From Candidatus Moraniibacteriota bacterium (GTDB lineage: Bacteria; Patescibacteriota; Minisyncoccia; Moranbacterales; UBA1568), in NCBI GenBank assembly GCA_016699425.1, contig CP064975.1, positions 987,957 to 1,051,956 on the forward strand: DNA of 64,000 nt, given 5' to 3'. Position numbers and translations under genes: made by a program. Positions 27,729 through 38,280 of the stretch are shown piece after piece. The notes under the pieces were generated by a model. The model was not told the DNA's origin. It made no database searches and saw only the letters and a program-made list of their open reading frames with translations. How positions within the stretch are numbered: the stretch's first letter is position 1; each line of letters starts with the position of its first letter.

Positions 27729-28622
27729 TTACAAATTCAGGTGAGCTCGTTTCCTAGCCACGACAATACGATACTCAAAGTTCGGGCTTATTCCGAGCAA
27801 AGGAGCAAAGACGCCAACCGAATAAAAGTATTGTACTTCAGACCACTCTGCTTCACCTCTCAGAAAGCGCATGATCGATCCTGGCAACTTGTGGGCTAAT
27901 ACATGAAGCACCGACGGGGCAATTTTCCATGAGAAATTTTCATTTCGGATTATCTCAAATCCACGCTGCTGCATATACTGGAGAAACTGACTTGGGTTCG
28001 CCCATGATTCAACGCTAAACGTTTGCCGTACTCTCTGGTCTGCAAATGCCCCAAAGATATCAATCCATTTATTCCTTGGTGAAAAAAAACCATCCACGAC
28101 AACAAGTGTCCCCCCTGGTTTCAATATCCGGTACGCCTCCTCCAAGACTCGTGTTTTCTGTGTGCCTTGGCCATAACACATCGCATCAACAAAATAAATC
28201 GCATCGAAGTAGCAATCAGGGAAGCCGGTAGATTCAAAATCATTTCTTGAAAAGACTAAACTTTCTGCATAGGGCTTGTCTTTTTTTAACTGGTTAGCTA
28301 GTTCCACCTGTTTTTGTGATAGGGTAATGCCATGAATCGTAAAATTTTTATGTGTAAATCTCTCGGCCAATAGATGCCCCAAATGACCCACTCCACATCC
28401 AGCATCAAGAACGACTTGGGGCGATTGAAAATCAAGCGCAAGCTGATCCACAACCTGCGTGCTTAAATTACCAGTCATCCGCGCATTATCCAATACTTCC
28501 CAAAAATGTCTGGCGAAACCAAAATGATACCCTCCTCCATCTCTTCCCGACCAGTACTCATAGAGGTCGAGGTATTTATCGTAGTGCGATCCGATTAGCT
28601 CCTGCTTATTCGATTGATTCAT
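27729..28622 (-). CDS. Class I SAM-dependent methyltransferase (297 aa); low-GC gene
   Basis: Motif I VLDAGCGVGHLG and motif post-I FTIHGITLS. Resembles small-molecule/lipid C- or O-methyltransferases. Noticeably AT-richer than its neighbours. Confidence 0.7.
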   Translation of the reverse strand: MNQSNKQELIGSHYDKYLDLYEYWSGRDGGGYHFGFARHFWEVLDNARMTGNLSTQVVDQLALDFQSPQVVLDAGCGVGHLGHLLAERFTHKNFTIHGITLSQKQVELANQLKKDKPYAESLVFSRNDFESTGFPDCYFDAIYFVDAMCYGQGTQKTRVLEEAYRILKPGGTLVVVDGFFSPRNKWIDIFGAFADQRVRQTFSVESWANPSQFLQYMQQRGFEIIRNENFSWKIAPSVLHVLAHKLPGSIMRFLRGEAEWSEVQYFYSVGVFAPLLGISPNFEYRIVVARKRAHLNL

Positions 28623-28687
28623 ACTTTTCGTTTGTCTATCCCATTTATCGGATGAATGCGTTCTGATTAGAACATTCCGTGTCTGGG

Positions 28688-29632
28688 CTAATTCACAATC
28701 TCTTCCATCTTCACATTGATGACACCCGCACCGAGGGAGGCGATCTGCTCAAATGCCACCCGGTCGAGGTCGATGATGCGGCCGGGGGCAAACGGTCCGC
28801 GATCGTTGATCTTCACGATGACGCTCTTGCCATTATCGACATTTGTCACCCGCACATAGCTCCCCATGGGAAGCCAGGGATTGGCCGCGGCCATCGTTCC
28901 GGTCCACGCATACCATGACGCCGCACCGCGATGTGCCTTGCCTGTCTTCACGTACGTGCCCTGCGTCACGATCTCGGTCACTGGCTCTTTCGTGACTTCA
29001 GTTGAGACAGCCTTTCGATTCACTTCCTTCCCATTATGATAGCTCACTCGATAGACCATTGTCTTCACGCCATTCTCTCCCTTCTGTTTCACGATTTTCT
29101 TCCGCCAAGAGAGTGAGCTGTCTTCTTCTGTCTTTGTCACAAACGAAATCTTCGTTTCTTTCCTCTCCTCACGGATCTCGACCCGGGTGACGCTGATCTC
29201 TCCTCCATCCGGCACCGCCACGTCTCGGGCGGGTACTACAATATCGTCTGCATCGAGCACTATCCCCGCTTCAGCGATGATGTCTGCGCTTGTTGGTGCA
29301 ATCGCTAAAACTCCCTCTTCCTTTCCATCGGCGAGAATGCGAACCGCCCGCGCCGGTTGCCAGATAATATTCGTCCCAGCGGAAAGCATCGCATCAGCTG
29401 ATGGATATACCTGGTCGTTCTCTGCGACATGAAGCCCAGCCCGGCGCAGCGCCTCAGCCACGGTGAGACCAGCATCGAAGGTGATCGGAAACAACATACC
29501 TGACAGCGTGACCGTCGCAGTCATCGGCTGACCGAGGAGAAAGGCCTCGCGCGAATCACCAAAGGGCGGCGTCACCGTCCGGTACAGGAAGTAACCACCA
29601 ATCACGAAGATAGCCAGCAGAGTAATTTTCAT
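28688..29632 (-). CDS. Cell-wall-binding protein with N-terminal TM, G5-like middle domain and C-terminal RlpA-like double-psi beta-barrel domain
   Basis: HRGAASWYAWTGTMAAANPWLPMGSYVRVTNVDNGKSVIVKINDRGPF is the RlpA/DPBB signature. Confidence 0.7.
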   Translation of the reverse strand: MKITLLAIFVIGGYFLYRTVTPPFGDSREAFLLGQPMTATVTLSGMLFPITFDAGLTVAEALRRAGLHVAENDQVYPSADAMLSAGTNIIWQPARAVRILADGKEEGVLAIAPTSADIIAEAGIVLDADDIVVPARDVAVPDGGEISVTRVEIREERKETKISFVTKTEEDSSLSWRKKIVKQKGENGVKTMVYRVSYHNGKEVNRKAVSTEVTKEPVTEIVTQGTYVKTGKAHRGAASWYAWTGTMAAANPWLPMGSYVRVTNVDNGKSVIVKINDRGPFAPGRIIDLDRVAFEQIASLGAGVINVKMEEIVN

Positions 29633-29643
29633 TTTTGAGAAAA

Positions 29644-31170
29644 TCAGTCACGGAAGCGATACTGAAGTGCTTCTGCTATATGAGCATCAGCAATGCTGTC
29701 CGCGCCCGCCAGATCAGCGATGGTGCGCGCGGTCTTCAGGATCCGGGTATAGGCCCGGGGCGACAAGTGATAGTGCTCCACAGCCTGCCGGAGGAGTGTC
29801 TGTCCAGCCACATCCAGCTCACAGTGTGCCTCAATGAGCTTATTATCGAGCTCGGCGTTTGACTGCTTGCCGGTCCCCTCGAGTCGCCCCCGACCGCGTT
29901 CACGCGCCGCCTGTACCCGACTTCGCACCACCTCGCTCGTCTCACCTATTGAACGATCGCGAAGTTCGTCGAAGGAAAGTCGCGGCACATCGACATGCAG
30001 ATCGATGCGATCGAGGATCGGCCCAGAAACCTTCTGTCGATACTTCTCGATCTGATAGGCACTACAGCCGCAGACACGTTCCGGATCGCCATGGTGTCCG
30101 CAGGGGCACGGATTCATCGCCGCGACGAGCATAAACCTCGCCGGGAAGGTCAGTGTCCCCTTCGCTCGTGACACCGTGACGATACCGTCTTCCAATGGCT
30201 GACGGAGACTTTCAAGGAGCGCACGCGGAAACTCAGCAAATTCATCCAAAAATAGCACCCCTCGATGCGCCAAACTGATTTCTCCTGGCTTCGGCAGCGT
30301 CCCGCCACCGACAAGCGAAACACCGCTCGCGGTGTGATGTGGGGCTCGGAAGGGCCGACTCTCGACAAGCGCCTCACCCCGCGCCAAACGACCGGCAACC
30401 GAAAAAATCTGGGTTACCTCGAGGCATTCTTCGAACGTAAGCTCGGGCAAAATTGTCGGGAGAGCTTTCGCGAGAAGCGTCTTGCCGCTTCCAGGCGGGC
30501 CAATCATAAGCACATTATGGCCGCCGGCGGCAGCGATCTCAAGCGCTCGTTTCACATGTTCCTGCCCACGGATGACCGAGAAGTCAGACGAGCTTGATCC
30601 CTGGCGCTTATCTTGGGGCCGTGTCTCAAGCATCGGCTGAAGAAGCACGCGTCCCTCCAGGTGTGCGACGAGCCCCGCAAGTGTCGAGCTAGCGAAAATA
30701 CGCAAGCCCGGAACCAGCGCCGCTTCGTGAGCGTTCGCTTCAGGGACAAAGATCTCCTCGAAGCCACACCGCTGCGCGAACAAGACGAGCGGCAGTACGC
30801 CCGAGACCGGTCGAATCCGTCCATCCAGCGCAAGTTCGCCGATAAAAAATCGCTTGGCGTAGGGAAAGGCAAGCTGCTTGGTCGCCAAGAGAAACGCCAG
30901 CGCCATGGGGAGGTCATAGGCTGAGGAGCCCTTGGGGAGGTCAGCTGGAGCGAGATTGACCGTCACGCGGCCGCTTTGATGCGGCGGACGGAAACCCGTG
31001 TTCTTGATCGCAGCGCTGACCCGATCCCGTGCCTCTTTCACAGCAGCATCCGGCAAACCGACCACATTAAACTGGTGCAGACCCTTGGTCAGGACGTCGG
31101 CCTCAATCTCGACCAAAACCCCGTCGAGTCCAACTGTGGCACCAGAATACACTTTAGCGGACATAGGCAA
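29644..31170 (-). CDS. YifB/ComM-family Mg-chelatase-like AAA+ ATPase
   Basis: N-terminus SGATVGLDGVLVEIEADVLTKGLHQFNVVGLPDAAVKEARDRVSAAI and AAA+ core VLMIGPPGSGKTLLAK. Confidence 0.85.
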   Translation of the reverse strand: MPMSAKVYSGATVGLDGVLVEIEADVLTKGLHQFNVVGLPDAAVKEARDRVSAAIKNTGFRPPHQSGRVTVNLAPADLPKGSSAYDLPMALAFLLATKQLAFPYAKRFFIGELALDGRIRPVSGVLPLVLFAQRCGFEEIFVPEANAHEAALVPGLRIFASSTLAGLVAHLEGRVLLQPMLETRPQDKRQGSSSSDFSVIRGQEHVKRALEIAAAGGHNVLMIGPPGSGKTLLAKALPTILPELTFEECLEVTQIFSVAGRLARGEALVESRPFRAPHHTASGVSLVGGGTLPKPGEISLAHRGVLFLDEFAEFPRALLESLRQPLEDGIVTVSRAKGTLTFPARFMLVAAMNPCPCGHHGDPERVCGCSAYQIEKYRQKVSGPILDRIDLHVDVPRLSFDELRDRSIGETSEVVRSRVQAARERGRGRLEGTGKQSNAELDNKLIEAHCELDVAGQTLLRQAVEHYHLSPRAYTRILKTARTIADLAGADSIADAHIAEALQYRFRD

Positions 31171-31582
31171 AGACTTTAGGCATCATCCCGAGAGTAGTAA
31201 CGAGGAGCAGCGCGACCCCGAGAAAAAGCATCATATCAGCCAAATTGAAACTTGGGAAGAACGGGAGGGCGATGTAGTCCGTGACACAACCATGGACACT
31301 CCGGTCAATCGCATTTACGGCCCCCCCGATGAATATGGTCATCCACGCGAGACAATCGATCAATGCAGACCGAGTCCAAGCCTGATAGCCCGCGATACAA
31401 AGGAGGAGCGTGATACTGAGCCACAGAATGGACGACGGGATAGCGAGCCCGAGTCCGATACCAGTATTACAGACCATGTGGGGCCAAGCGATAAGTCCAG
31501 AACGTAGCTCCCAGTCTACCACAGCCAAAAAAACAAAAAACCCGAGGAAGGAATACACCGTCTTCGGGTGAGAAATGATCAT
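31154..31582 (-). CDS. lspA: Lipoprotein signal peptidase II
   Basis: VCNTGIGLG and GGAVNAIDR...VTDYI motifs. Four TM helices. Confidence 0.8.
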   Translation of the reverse strand: MIISHPKTVYSFLGFFVFLAVVDWELRSGLIAWPHMVCNTGIGLGLAIPSSILWLSITLLLCIAGYQAWTRSALIDCLAWMTIFIGGAVNAIDRSVHGCVTDYIALPFFPSFNLADMMLFLGVALLLVTTLGMMPKVFAYVR

Positions 31583-31597
31583 ACTGATTGGCTGCTT

Positions 31598-31954
31598 CTA
31601 AGCGTCGACGAGCGTTCGGGCCGCCGGATAGGCTTCCAAGCGTTCAACTGGGATATCCTGTCCGGTCTTCTCACACACGCCATACGTTCCCGCATCCATC
31701 TTGGCAAGCGCAGCGCTCACTTCCTTAAGTTCGGTCTCGAGTGTTCCTTCAACAGCGAGCTTATCGGCGTAGTCCTCGACTTCAGTCGCATTCTCATCCG
31801 TATCCGTCCCGATATTCTCGAACTGCGTCTCATATTCCCCCGCCACACCCGTAGGCTTGGCTAGTCGCCCAAGCTCACTCTCAAGGCGCTCCTTTTCAGC
31901 CAGCAATTTTTCTTTCAGACGGTCGATAGTGGTTGTGTCCAAGGCCATAAGCAT
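31598..31954 (-). CDS. DksA/TraR-family regulator (Gram-positive YteA-like, incomplete zinc finger)
   Basis: Coiled-coil N-terminus and C-terminal GTYGVCEKTGQDIPVERLEAYPAA. Confidence 0.6.
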   Translation of the reverse strand: MLMALDTTTIDRLKEKLLAEKERLESELGRLAKPTGVAGEYETQFENIGTDTDENATEVEDYADKLAVEGTLETELKEVSAALAKMDAGTYGVCEKTGQDIPVERLEAYPAARTLVDA

Positions 31955-31998
31955 TCTATTTAAGATAGTTCTAGTATAGATGATCGAAGAAACCCTGT

Positions 31999-32379
31999 CT
32001 ACGAAAGAAAAACGTGATCCAAATGCCTGATTTCCGGTTCGCAGTCCGGAGCGAATGTAACCGCCACCACATCAAACGAATACTCACGCTCTTCGAGTCG
32101 GCGCTCCTTCAAGTACACACTTGCCGCCTTTTCCATTTTGCGAAGTTTGGCCCGAGTGACCTGCCATTCCGGCAGGCGCTCTTCTCGCCCGGCGAGGATG
32201 AAGGCCGCTTTGACCTCGACAAAGACTATTTCCCCTTGCTTCTCAGCCACGATATCGATCTCGCCCAACCTGAGCCCCCGCGTATTGGCGTAATTCCGCT
32301 CCCGAATGCGATAGCCATTAGCCTCGAGATACTCAGCCGCAGCGTCTTCCCCGGCTTGGCCAATATTCTGAGTTTCCAT
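31999..32379 (-). CDS. YraN-family (UPF0102) endonuclease
   Basis: GEDAAAEYLEANGYRIRERNYANTRGLRLGEIDIVAEKQGEIVFVEVKA. Start set at METQ (the ORF extends to 32586). Confidence 0.75.
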   Translation of the reverse strand: METQNIGQAGEDAAAEYLEANGYRIRERNYANTRGLRLGEIDIVAEKQGEIVFVEVKAAFILAGREERLPEWQVTRAKLRKMEKAASVYLKERRLEEREYSFDVVAVTFAPDCEPEIRHLDHVFLS

Positions 32380-33061
32380 TTGTGACTGAATCAAAGCTAT
32401 TTCAGTACAACATAGCGAAAAATACCTCATTTGGCAAACAAAAAACGGCCTATCAAGCCATTCTCTCCATTTTCTCCCCTCTTTCTCTCCCGACACCAGT
32501 ATTGTTGGTGCCGGGCGCTTGCCCGTAGACGCCGAATATATAAATATGTGGCCGTAACAAGCGCCCAGCGTGCGTGTGCCCAACATGTAGGCCGATAATG
32601 AAACGCTCGGGTGAGAAGCATTTGATTATACAAGCTTGCATGTGGTTTGATGCCCACGCGGTTTTAGGATATTTTCTGGTATTATCCTGATCTTTCACCG
32701 TTCTTTGGCTGTGCCTTAACAACTTTTAAAGGTACATGAGTACTTAACGTACTTCTTCTTTTTTGCTTTGTGTTTTTGTTTCAAAGTCGAGATATATTAT
32801 ATTTCCTCGAATTTGTGTGTTTGTTTTAGCGGCGCGCTCCAGACCAGATTAGGAGCTGTTGGTGACGATGCACCGAACGGTTAAACAGTGAAAGACTTCT
32901 CGGCCTCAAAAAAACTTGCGGAAGAGAGGTCTTTCGCTGTTCAGATCATATTTTCAAGTAACTTTTTCACTTCGACAAATCAATTATAGCAGAAAAATAT
33001 GCTCGAGTCAATTCACTCAGTGAATAATACCTTGCTTGCGCAATAATTCTTTTACTTGGAA

Positions 33062-33098
33062 ATAAAAAGACTCATCCTGTGATGAGCCTAACAAAAAA
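33062..33098 (-). terminator. Rho-independent terminator of gene 33128..34348
   Basis: On the minus strand, GGCTCATCACAGGATGAGTC is followed by TTTTTATTT. Confidence 0.55.
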
Positions 33099-33127
33099 AT
33101 AAGTGTTTGACTTTCAGAAAAGCATCT

Positions 33128-34348
33128 CTACAAACCTGTTTTATCCAGTACAGCGCGGAGTGAGTCCTTGCTGGTCCCGATAATCCACTGCCGCCCCCTG
33201 ACCGCATAGTCGACCGAGAGGCCGAGTGAGGCATCAACATTCGTAAAACGGACGGGGCGCTCCAAATACGTGCCATCCCGGAAGATAAGATTGTTCTTGG
33301 GCGCCGTCGTGACATCGAGGAACAGCGGTTCGATCGCCTGAGCGAGTTTTGACTCATTCAAGAGTAGTTTGGCAGCAAAGGCCGGCTCATCCTTCACATA
33401 GACGAGGAGAGCCAGGCGGGGACGGCCATTATCTATGGTGACATAAAGGGAGAAGGGCTCATCAAGGGTACCCAATAATTCCGCCGGCAGATTGAGCTTC
33501 GCCAGATAGGCGAACCTAGTGAAAGCGAGCGGGTTCAGCTTCTGATCACGGATGAGAAATTCAATGGCACCAGGAAGATTGTCCTTTTTGATGGTCTGAG
33601 CCGCCTGCAAAAGCCCGTTCTTGATCTGCTCGGACGTTACCGTTTCGATATCAAAGGTAAGGATATTCGGCTGTTCGACCAGGTATTTCGCCTGAGAGAC
33701 CGGCTCCGACTTAAGTTGATTGGTCTGGACAGCTGGGGATTCAACTCGGACATCGGGCTGATTCGGGTCATCCTCCAGAGAGGAGCGCCACCAAAGATAG
33801 GCTCCAGCGATAACGACAACCACGAGGAGACTACCTGCCAGAAGCGCGACAAGGTGCAATTTCCGGTCTCGAAAAAGCGGTGCAAACCCTTGAGTCAGAC
33901 GGAGGAGAGAGGCCAGCGACTCGCGGACCGAGGGGGCGACGACTGATCGGTGGGTCGTACTGAACGCGACGGAGGTGGTTTCAGGGTGTACCGGAGATAT
34001 ACTCGGTGCTTCGGGAACCACCGGAGACTTCGGGACAATCAGGGGTGGATCAAATGTCGGTGCCTCGTCGTCCGGAATTTGGTCCGTGGCAGGTGCCTCT
34101 TGGAGAAACGGACTTTCTTCAGCCGTCTGATGAGATGGTTTTTCCTCAGTCGCAACGCCCGGCGCAGTGAAAAATGGGACTCCCATGACTGCCTCCGGAC
34201 GAAAGGCGACCAACGGCTCGGCGTGCTTTTGCATTTCCGTCGGGACCTCCCGACCCGCGAGGTCATCCTCCATAGTCCGAACCAGAGCGCTCAAACTGTT
34301 TGGTGCAGCCGCTGACACCGTTGATTTTTGTGTTTTGAACCAATTCAT
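33128..34348 (-). CDS. Hypothetical membrane-anchored protein (406 aa)
   Basis: Long ORF with a single TM helix (LHLVALLAGSLLVVVVIAGAYLWW) and a Pro-rich N-terminal region. Confidence 0.6.
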   Translation of the reverse strand: MNWFKTQKSTVSAAAPNSLSALVRTMEDDLAGREVPTEMQKHAEPLVAFRPEAVMGVPFFTAPGVATEEKPSHQTAEESPFLQEAPATDQIPDDEAPTFDPPLIVPKSPVVPEAPSISPVHPETTSVAFSTTHRSVVAPSVRESLASLLRLTQGFAPLFRDRKLHLVALLAGSLLVVVVIAGAYLWWRSSLEDDPNQPDVRVESPAVQTNQLKSEPVSQAKYLVEQPNILTFDIETVTSEQIKNGLLQAAQTIKKDNLPGAIEFLIRDQKLNPLAFTRFAYLAKLNLPAELLGTLDEPFSLYVTIDNGRPRLALLVYVKDEPAFAAKLLLNESKLAQAIEPLFLDVTTAPKNNLIFRDGTYLERPVRFTNVDASLGLSVDYAVRGRQWIIGTSKDSLRAVLDKTGL

Positions 34349-34436
34349 AGCAATACAAAAGAGAGGCTATTCCTCTCTCAGTATACCACCACACAATAAA
34401 GTTGGTGGAGAGTATCGTACTATCTATTTTCTGCGG

Positions 34437-36578
34437 CTACTCTTTTCCCTCTTCGCCGAGTTCCTGACGGACCATTTTCGCCTTGGCCAGCTTGTGCGAC
34501 AGATTGATCCGGCCCTGAGCATCGATCTCCTTGACGACGACGGCGATGATGTCGCCGACTTTGACGACATCTTCCACTTTTTCGACACGGTAATCGGCCA
34601 GTTCTGAGATATGAATCAGTCCTTCCTGATTCGGGAGTACCTCGGCAAAGGCGCCGAAGTTCATGATTCGGGTGACGCGACCCTGAAACAGCTCCCCGAC
34701 GACCACTTCGCGGGTGATATTCCGTACCCATTCGACAGCTTTCTTAGCACTTGTCTCATCGACAGATGTGATGAAGACGGAACCATCATCCTCGATATCG
34801 ATTGAGACGCCGGTTTCATCGATAATCTGGTTGATCATCTTGCCGCCAGGGCCGATGACATCGCGAATCTTCTCGGGATTGATGTGGAGCGTGATGATCC
34901 GTGGTGCATAGGGTGACATCTCTTTCCGTGGCTCTGGGATAGCCGCGAGCATGACCGCCATGATTTCAAGCCGGGCTTCCTTTGCCTGTTTGATGGCCAA
35001 CCCCAGCGTATCAGCGGTGAGTCCATCAATCTTCACATCCATCTGCATCGCGGTGATCCCGTCTTTCGTGCCTGCCACCTTGAAATCCATATCGCCATAG
35101 TGATCCTCAAGTCCCTGAATATCGGTCAGGACTTTGAAACTCCCATCGGTACCGGCGATGACACCCATCGCGATTCCCGACACTGGTTTCTTGATCGGCA
35201 CCCCCGCATCCATGAGGGAAAGCGTCGACCCACAGGTTGAAGCCATCGACGATGAACCATTGGATGACAGGACTTCCGAAACGAGGTGAATGGTATACGG
35301 GAATTCTTCTTTCGAAGGCAGCACGGGCATGAGCGCTTTCTCGGCGAGAGCACCGTGCCCCACTTCGCGACGACCTGGGCCACGCATCGGTTTGACTTCA
35401 CCAACCGAATACGCCGGAAAATTGTAGAAATGCATATAACGCTTTTTCTCATCCGTTTCCATGGTGTCGACCACCATCTCATCACCCGGCGCGCCAAGCG
35501 TCGTCACTGTCAGGACTTGCGTTTCGCCACGTGAGAAAAGCCCCGTGCCATGCGTCCGTGGCAGAACACCCACTTGGGAAGCGAGCGGGCGAATCTCGGT
35601 CAGCTTCCGGCCATCCGGGCGACGGTCATGCTCGAGGACATTGGTGTGCAGTGCCGCGTCTGATAGTTCTTCCATAATGAGCGAGAGAACTTCAGTCTGA
35701 TGAGCTTCTTCAGGAAAATTGGCGGCTGCATACTCGGTCGCTGCCGCCTCAATGGCTGCAACTTTCTGTGCCATCGCCGCCTTCGGCTGCAAGAACAACG
35801 CCTCGCCCAAACCGAGCGAACTGATATATTCCTTCATCTTCACCTCAAATTCCGGCGTGCCGACGAGGAGTGCCGCCGCTTTCTTCTCGCGACCCGCCTC
35901 CTTCTTCACTGCTTCGATGAAATCCGTGATTTTCTGGATCGCCTCATGTCCATAGCGGAAAGCTTCTGTCATTTTCTCTTCTGTAATCTCTTGCGCTCCG
36001 CATTCGATCATATTGATCTTTGTCTTCGTCCCGGCGACGAGGAGGTCAAGCGTACTCACGCCACGTTCTTCACTCGAAGGGTTCAGCACAAATCCACCCC
36101 CGTTCACGATACCGACACGCACCGCGCCGATCGGGCCGTTCCACGGGATGTCAGAGAGTGTCAACGCGGCCGAAGCAGCGATCATCGCGACAACGTCCGG
36201 ATCATTTTCACCATCAATGGAAAGTACCGTTGTCACGACCTGGACTTCATTGCGCATCCGGCTATCAAAGAGTGGTCGGATCGTCCGATCCACGGCTCGA
36301 CCCGAGAGGATCGCATCGTCCGATGGCCGGCCTTCGCGTTTGATGAAGCGAGAACCCTTGATCTTGCCCGCGGCATAGTACCGCTCCTCGAAATCCACCA
36401 TGAGTGGGAAATAGCCGATGATTTTTGACATCGAACTGCTCATGACGGCCGTCGCGAGGACGACGGTATCGCCGTACTGCACCGTCACTGCCCCGTTCGC
36501 CTGACCAGCGAGTAATCCTGTGGATATGCGTAATTCACGCCCACCGAGCTGGAGAGACCATTTTCTGGCTCCTTGCAT
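34437..36578 (-). CDS. pnp: Polyribonucleotide nucleotidyltransferase (PNPase)
   Basis: Two RNase PH-like domains ([15 protein letters not shown]...; [15 protein letters not shown]), plus KH and S1 domains. Confidence 0.9.
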   Translation of the reverse strand: MQGARKWSLQLGGRELRISTGLLAGQANGAVTVQYGDTVVLATAVMSSSMSKIIGYFPLMVDFEERYYAAGKIKGSRFIKREGRPSDDAILSGRAVDRTIRPLFDSRMRNEVQVVTTVLSIDGENDPDVVAMIAASAALTLSDIPWNGPIGAVRVGIVNGGGFVLNPSSEERGVSTLDLLVAGTKTKINMIECGAQEITEEKMTEAFRYGHEAIQKITDFIEAVKKEAGREKKAAALLVGTPEFEVKMKEYISSLGLGEALFLQPKAAMAQKVAAIEAAATEYAAANFPEEAHQTEVLSLIMEELSDAALHTNVLEHDRRPDGRKLTEIRPLASQVGVLPRTHGTGLFSRGETQVLTVTTLGAPGDEMVVDTMETDEKKRYMHFYNFPAYSVGEVKPMRGPGRREVGHGALAEKALMPVLPSKEEFPYTIHLVSEVLSSNGSSSMASTCGSTLSLMDAGVPIKKPVSGIAMGVIAGTDGSFKVLTDIQGLEDHYGDMDFKVAGTKDGITAMQMDVKIDGLTADTLGLAIKQAKEARLEIMAVMLAAIPEPRKEMSPYAPRIITLHINPEKIRDVIGPGGKMINQIIDETGVSIDIEDDGSVFITSVDETSAKKAVEWVRNITREVVVGELFQGRVTRIMNFGAFAEVLPNQEGLIHISELADYRVEKVEDVVKVGDIIAVVVKEIDAQGRINLSHKLAKAKMVRQELGEEGKE

Positions 36579-36851
36579 AGAGTTGAACCGCCCCAGGGTT
36601 CATAAACACGCGGCTTATTCCAACCAACAACCCACAACCGACAACCCACGACCGAGAGCGAGTATAACGATACGGGCTTCCCTTGGTAAGTTGTATGTTG
36701 TAGGTCGTAGGTGAGGGCAAGCCGTGTACCTATAAACCCCCTGGACGAAATTACTAAGTTAACGCCTCCACAGTAGCTTTTTTTTAAGCCTTTGTCAAAA
36801 GGAAAAACGAGTTCCTTCCGAAACTTGTCTCTCAACTAACTTCGTTCCTCA

Positions 36852-36902
36852 TTAAATAAGCAATTGCTTCTTGTTCTCGGAAAGATTCATGAAATCATCC
36901 AT
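36852..36902 (-). pseudogene. Relic of the 3' end of an NYN/LabA-like gene (encodes ...DDFMNLSENKKQLLI*); diverged direct repeat of 38281-38331
   Basis: Translation on the minus strand matches the C-terminus of 38281..38778 (ADDFMNLSDNKKRFLI*). About 79% nucleotide identity, with differences mostly at third codon positions. Confidence 0.6.
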
Positions 36903-36910
36903 CAACAACA

Positions 36911-36945
36911 AAAAAAAGAGACCCTCACGCACCACGTGAAGGTCT
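36911..36945 (-). terminator. Rho-independent terminator of gene 36971..37315
   Basis: On the minus strand, AGACCTTCACGtggtgCGTGAGGGTCT is followed by TTTTTTTT. Confidence 0.65.
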
Positions 36946-36970
36946 AATAGATAACTTTCTTTTTATTCCT

Positions 36971-37315
36971 TTATTCCTCTAGTCTTAGTAGTCTTAACGG
37001 ATGATGCCACAAAATTTCATGGCATATCGCATTCGTGATCCCTCCCCCCTTTGACTCCTCAAGGACATAAAGTGCGAGATCCCACATAAATATGTCTATG
37101 CTTCTATTATATCTCTCTAGATGACTCGCCATAGGCCCCCAGCCGACAAGCTTTCTCAATATTTTCATTACTTCTTGAGGATTCGTACCTCCCTCATCTT
37201 TTACCACCTTCTCTATCTGGTTGATAGAAAGGCCTAATTCTTCGAGTTGACGTTCCTTCGTTTCACCTGTCGCCCTGCAATACTTACAGCCACATCCTAC
37301 AATCCATTCGCTCAT
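36971..37315 (-). CDS. Hypothetical Cys-containing small protein (114 aa), low-GC
   Basis: Strong ribosome-binding site AAGGAG 7 nt upstream of the ATG at 37315. GCGCKYC motif. AT-rich codon usage unlike neighbouring genes. Confidence 0.6.
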   Translation of the reverse strand: MSEWIVGCGCKYCRATGETKERQLEELGLSINQIEKVVKDEGGTNPQEVMKILRKLVGWGPMASHLERYNRSIDIFMWDLALYVLEESKGGGITNAICHEILWHHPLRLLRLEE

Positions 37316-37453
37316 GTCTTTCTCCTTTTTAAAGTACCAAACTTGCACCCTTGCAAACTTTCTATCCTAGTGTATTCTATCATTTATGAGTGGCATATAT
37401 GACTCTGTGGTGTCTATTATCACCACTAATTACGAACACAATTGAGGCAATCT

Positions 37454-38230
37454 ATGTATCAGGGAATTTTTCAGGAGCTTGGTCTGGCCAAAAATGAGGG
37501 ACGTATATACGAAACTCTCCTCAGGGAAGGAGAGTTATCGGTGGGGAAAATCGCCGAGAAGTCGCATATCCACCGTCGCAACGTCTACGACTCGATGTCG
37601 CGCCTCGTTGAAAAAGGCCTTGTCTTTGAGATTCTTGAACGACGGGAAAGCAGCTACCAGGCAGTAGAACCTAATAAGCTCATGGAACTTGTCCGAGAAA
37701 AAGAAACAAAGCTCGCCGAAATCCTTCCGGACCTTGAGTCCCTGTACCATGGCGAACCGCGACGCGACGCGATCTTCGTCTACCGCGGATTGGAGGGGTG
37801 GAAGAACTACATGCGCGATATCCTGCGCCTCGGGAAGTCTTTTGATCTCCTGGGTGCCCGGGGTGCTCTCCGAGATCCGAAACTCGGCCCTCTCTTCAAA
37901 CAGTTCAAGAAAGATATGGAAAAGAAAGAAATCCGATCCCGCCTTCTCTACCACGAAGAAGCCGCCAGGATACCGGGAGTAGCAGGACATTTCGGTGCAT
38001 CCTCGACGTACAAGATACTCCCTGAACAGTATGCCCACCTCGCTTCGGCAGCCATTCTCGAGGACCGAGTGATGATATTTTCGGCCGTACCAGGGGTAGA
38101 GCGGGTCGCGGAAGAGACGACCATCACCATTCTCATAAACAAAGACATCGCCGACACGTTCCGTATGTGGTTCCAGTTTATGTGGGACAAGTTGCCGGTA
38201 ACGAAAGTTGAAAAGATAAAAGCCTCCTAG
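37454..38230 (+). CDS. TrmB-family transcriptional regulator (second paralogue)
   Basis: HTH LGLAKNEGRIYETLLREGELSVGKIAEKSHIHRRNVYDSMSRLVEKGLV. GAGG ribosome-binding site 6 nt before the ATG at 37454. Confidence 0.75.
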   Translation: MYQGIFQELGLAKNEGRIYETLLREGELSVGKIAEKSHIHRRNVYDSMSRLVEKGLVFEILERRESSYQAVEPNKLMELVREKETKLAEILPDLESLYHGEPRRDAIFVYRGLEGWKNYMRDILRLGKSFDLLGARGALRDPKLGPLFKQFKKDMEKKEIRSRLLYHEEAARIPGVAGHFGASSTYKILPEQYAHLASAAILEDRVMIFSAVPGVERVAEETTITILINKDIADTFRMWFQFMWDKLPVTKVEKIKAS

Positions 38231-38280
38231 GAGGCTTTTATAGAACAATCGACTTCGGACTGCCCATCAAATTAAGCAAG

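Noticed and set aside
37535-38248. 237-aa ORF antisense to the TrmB-like gene
   Set aside because: It is a shadow ORF. The plus-strand ORF has a clear TrmB HTH motif and a ribosome-binding site, while the antisense translation is low-complexity with no motif.
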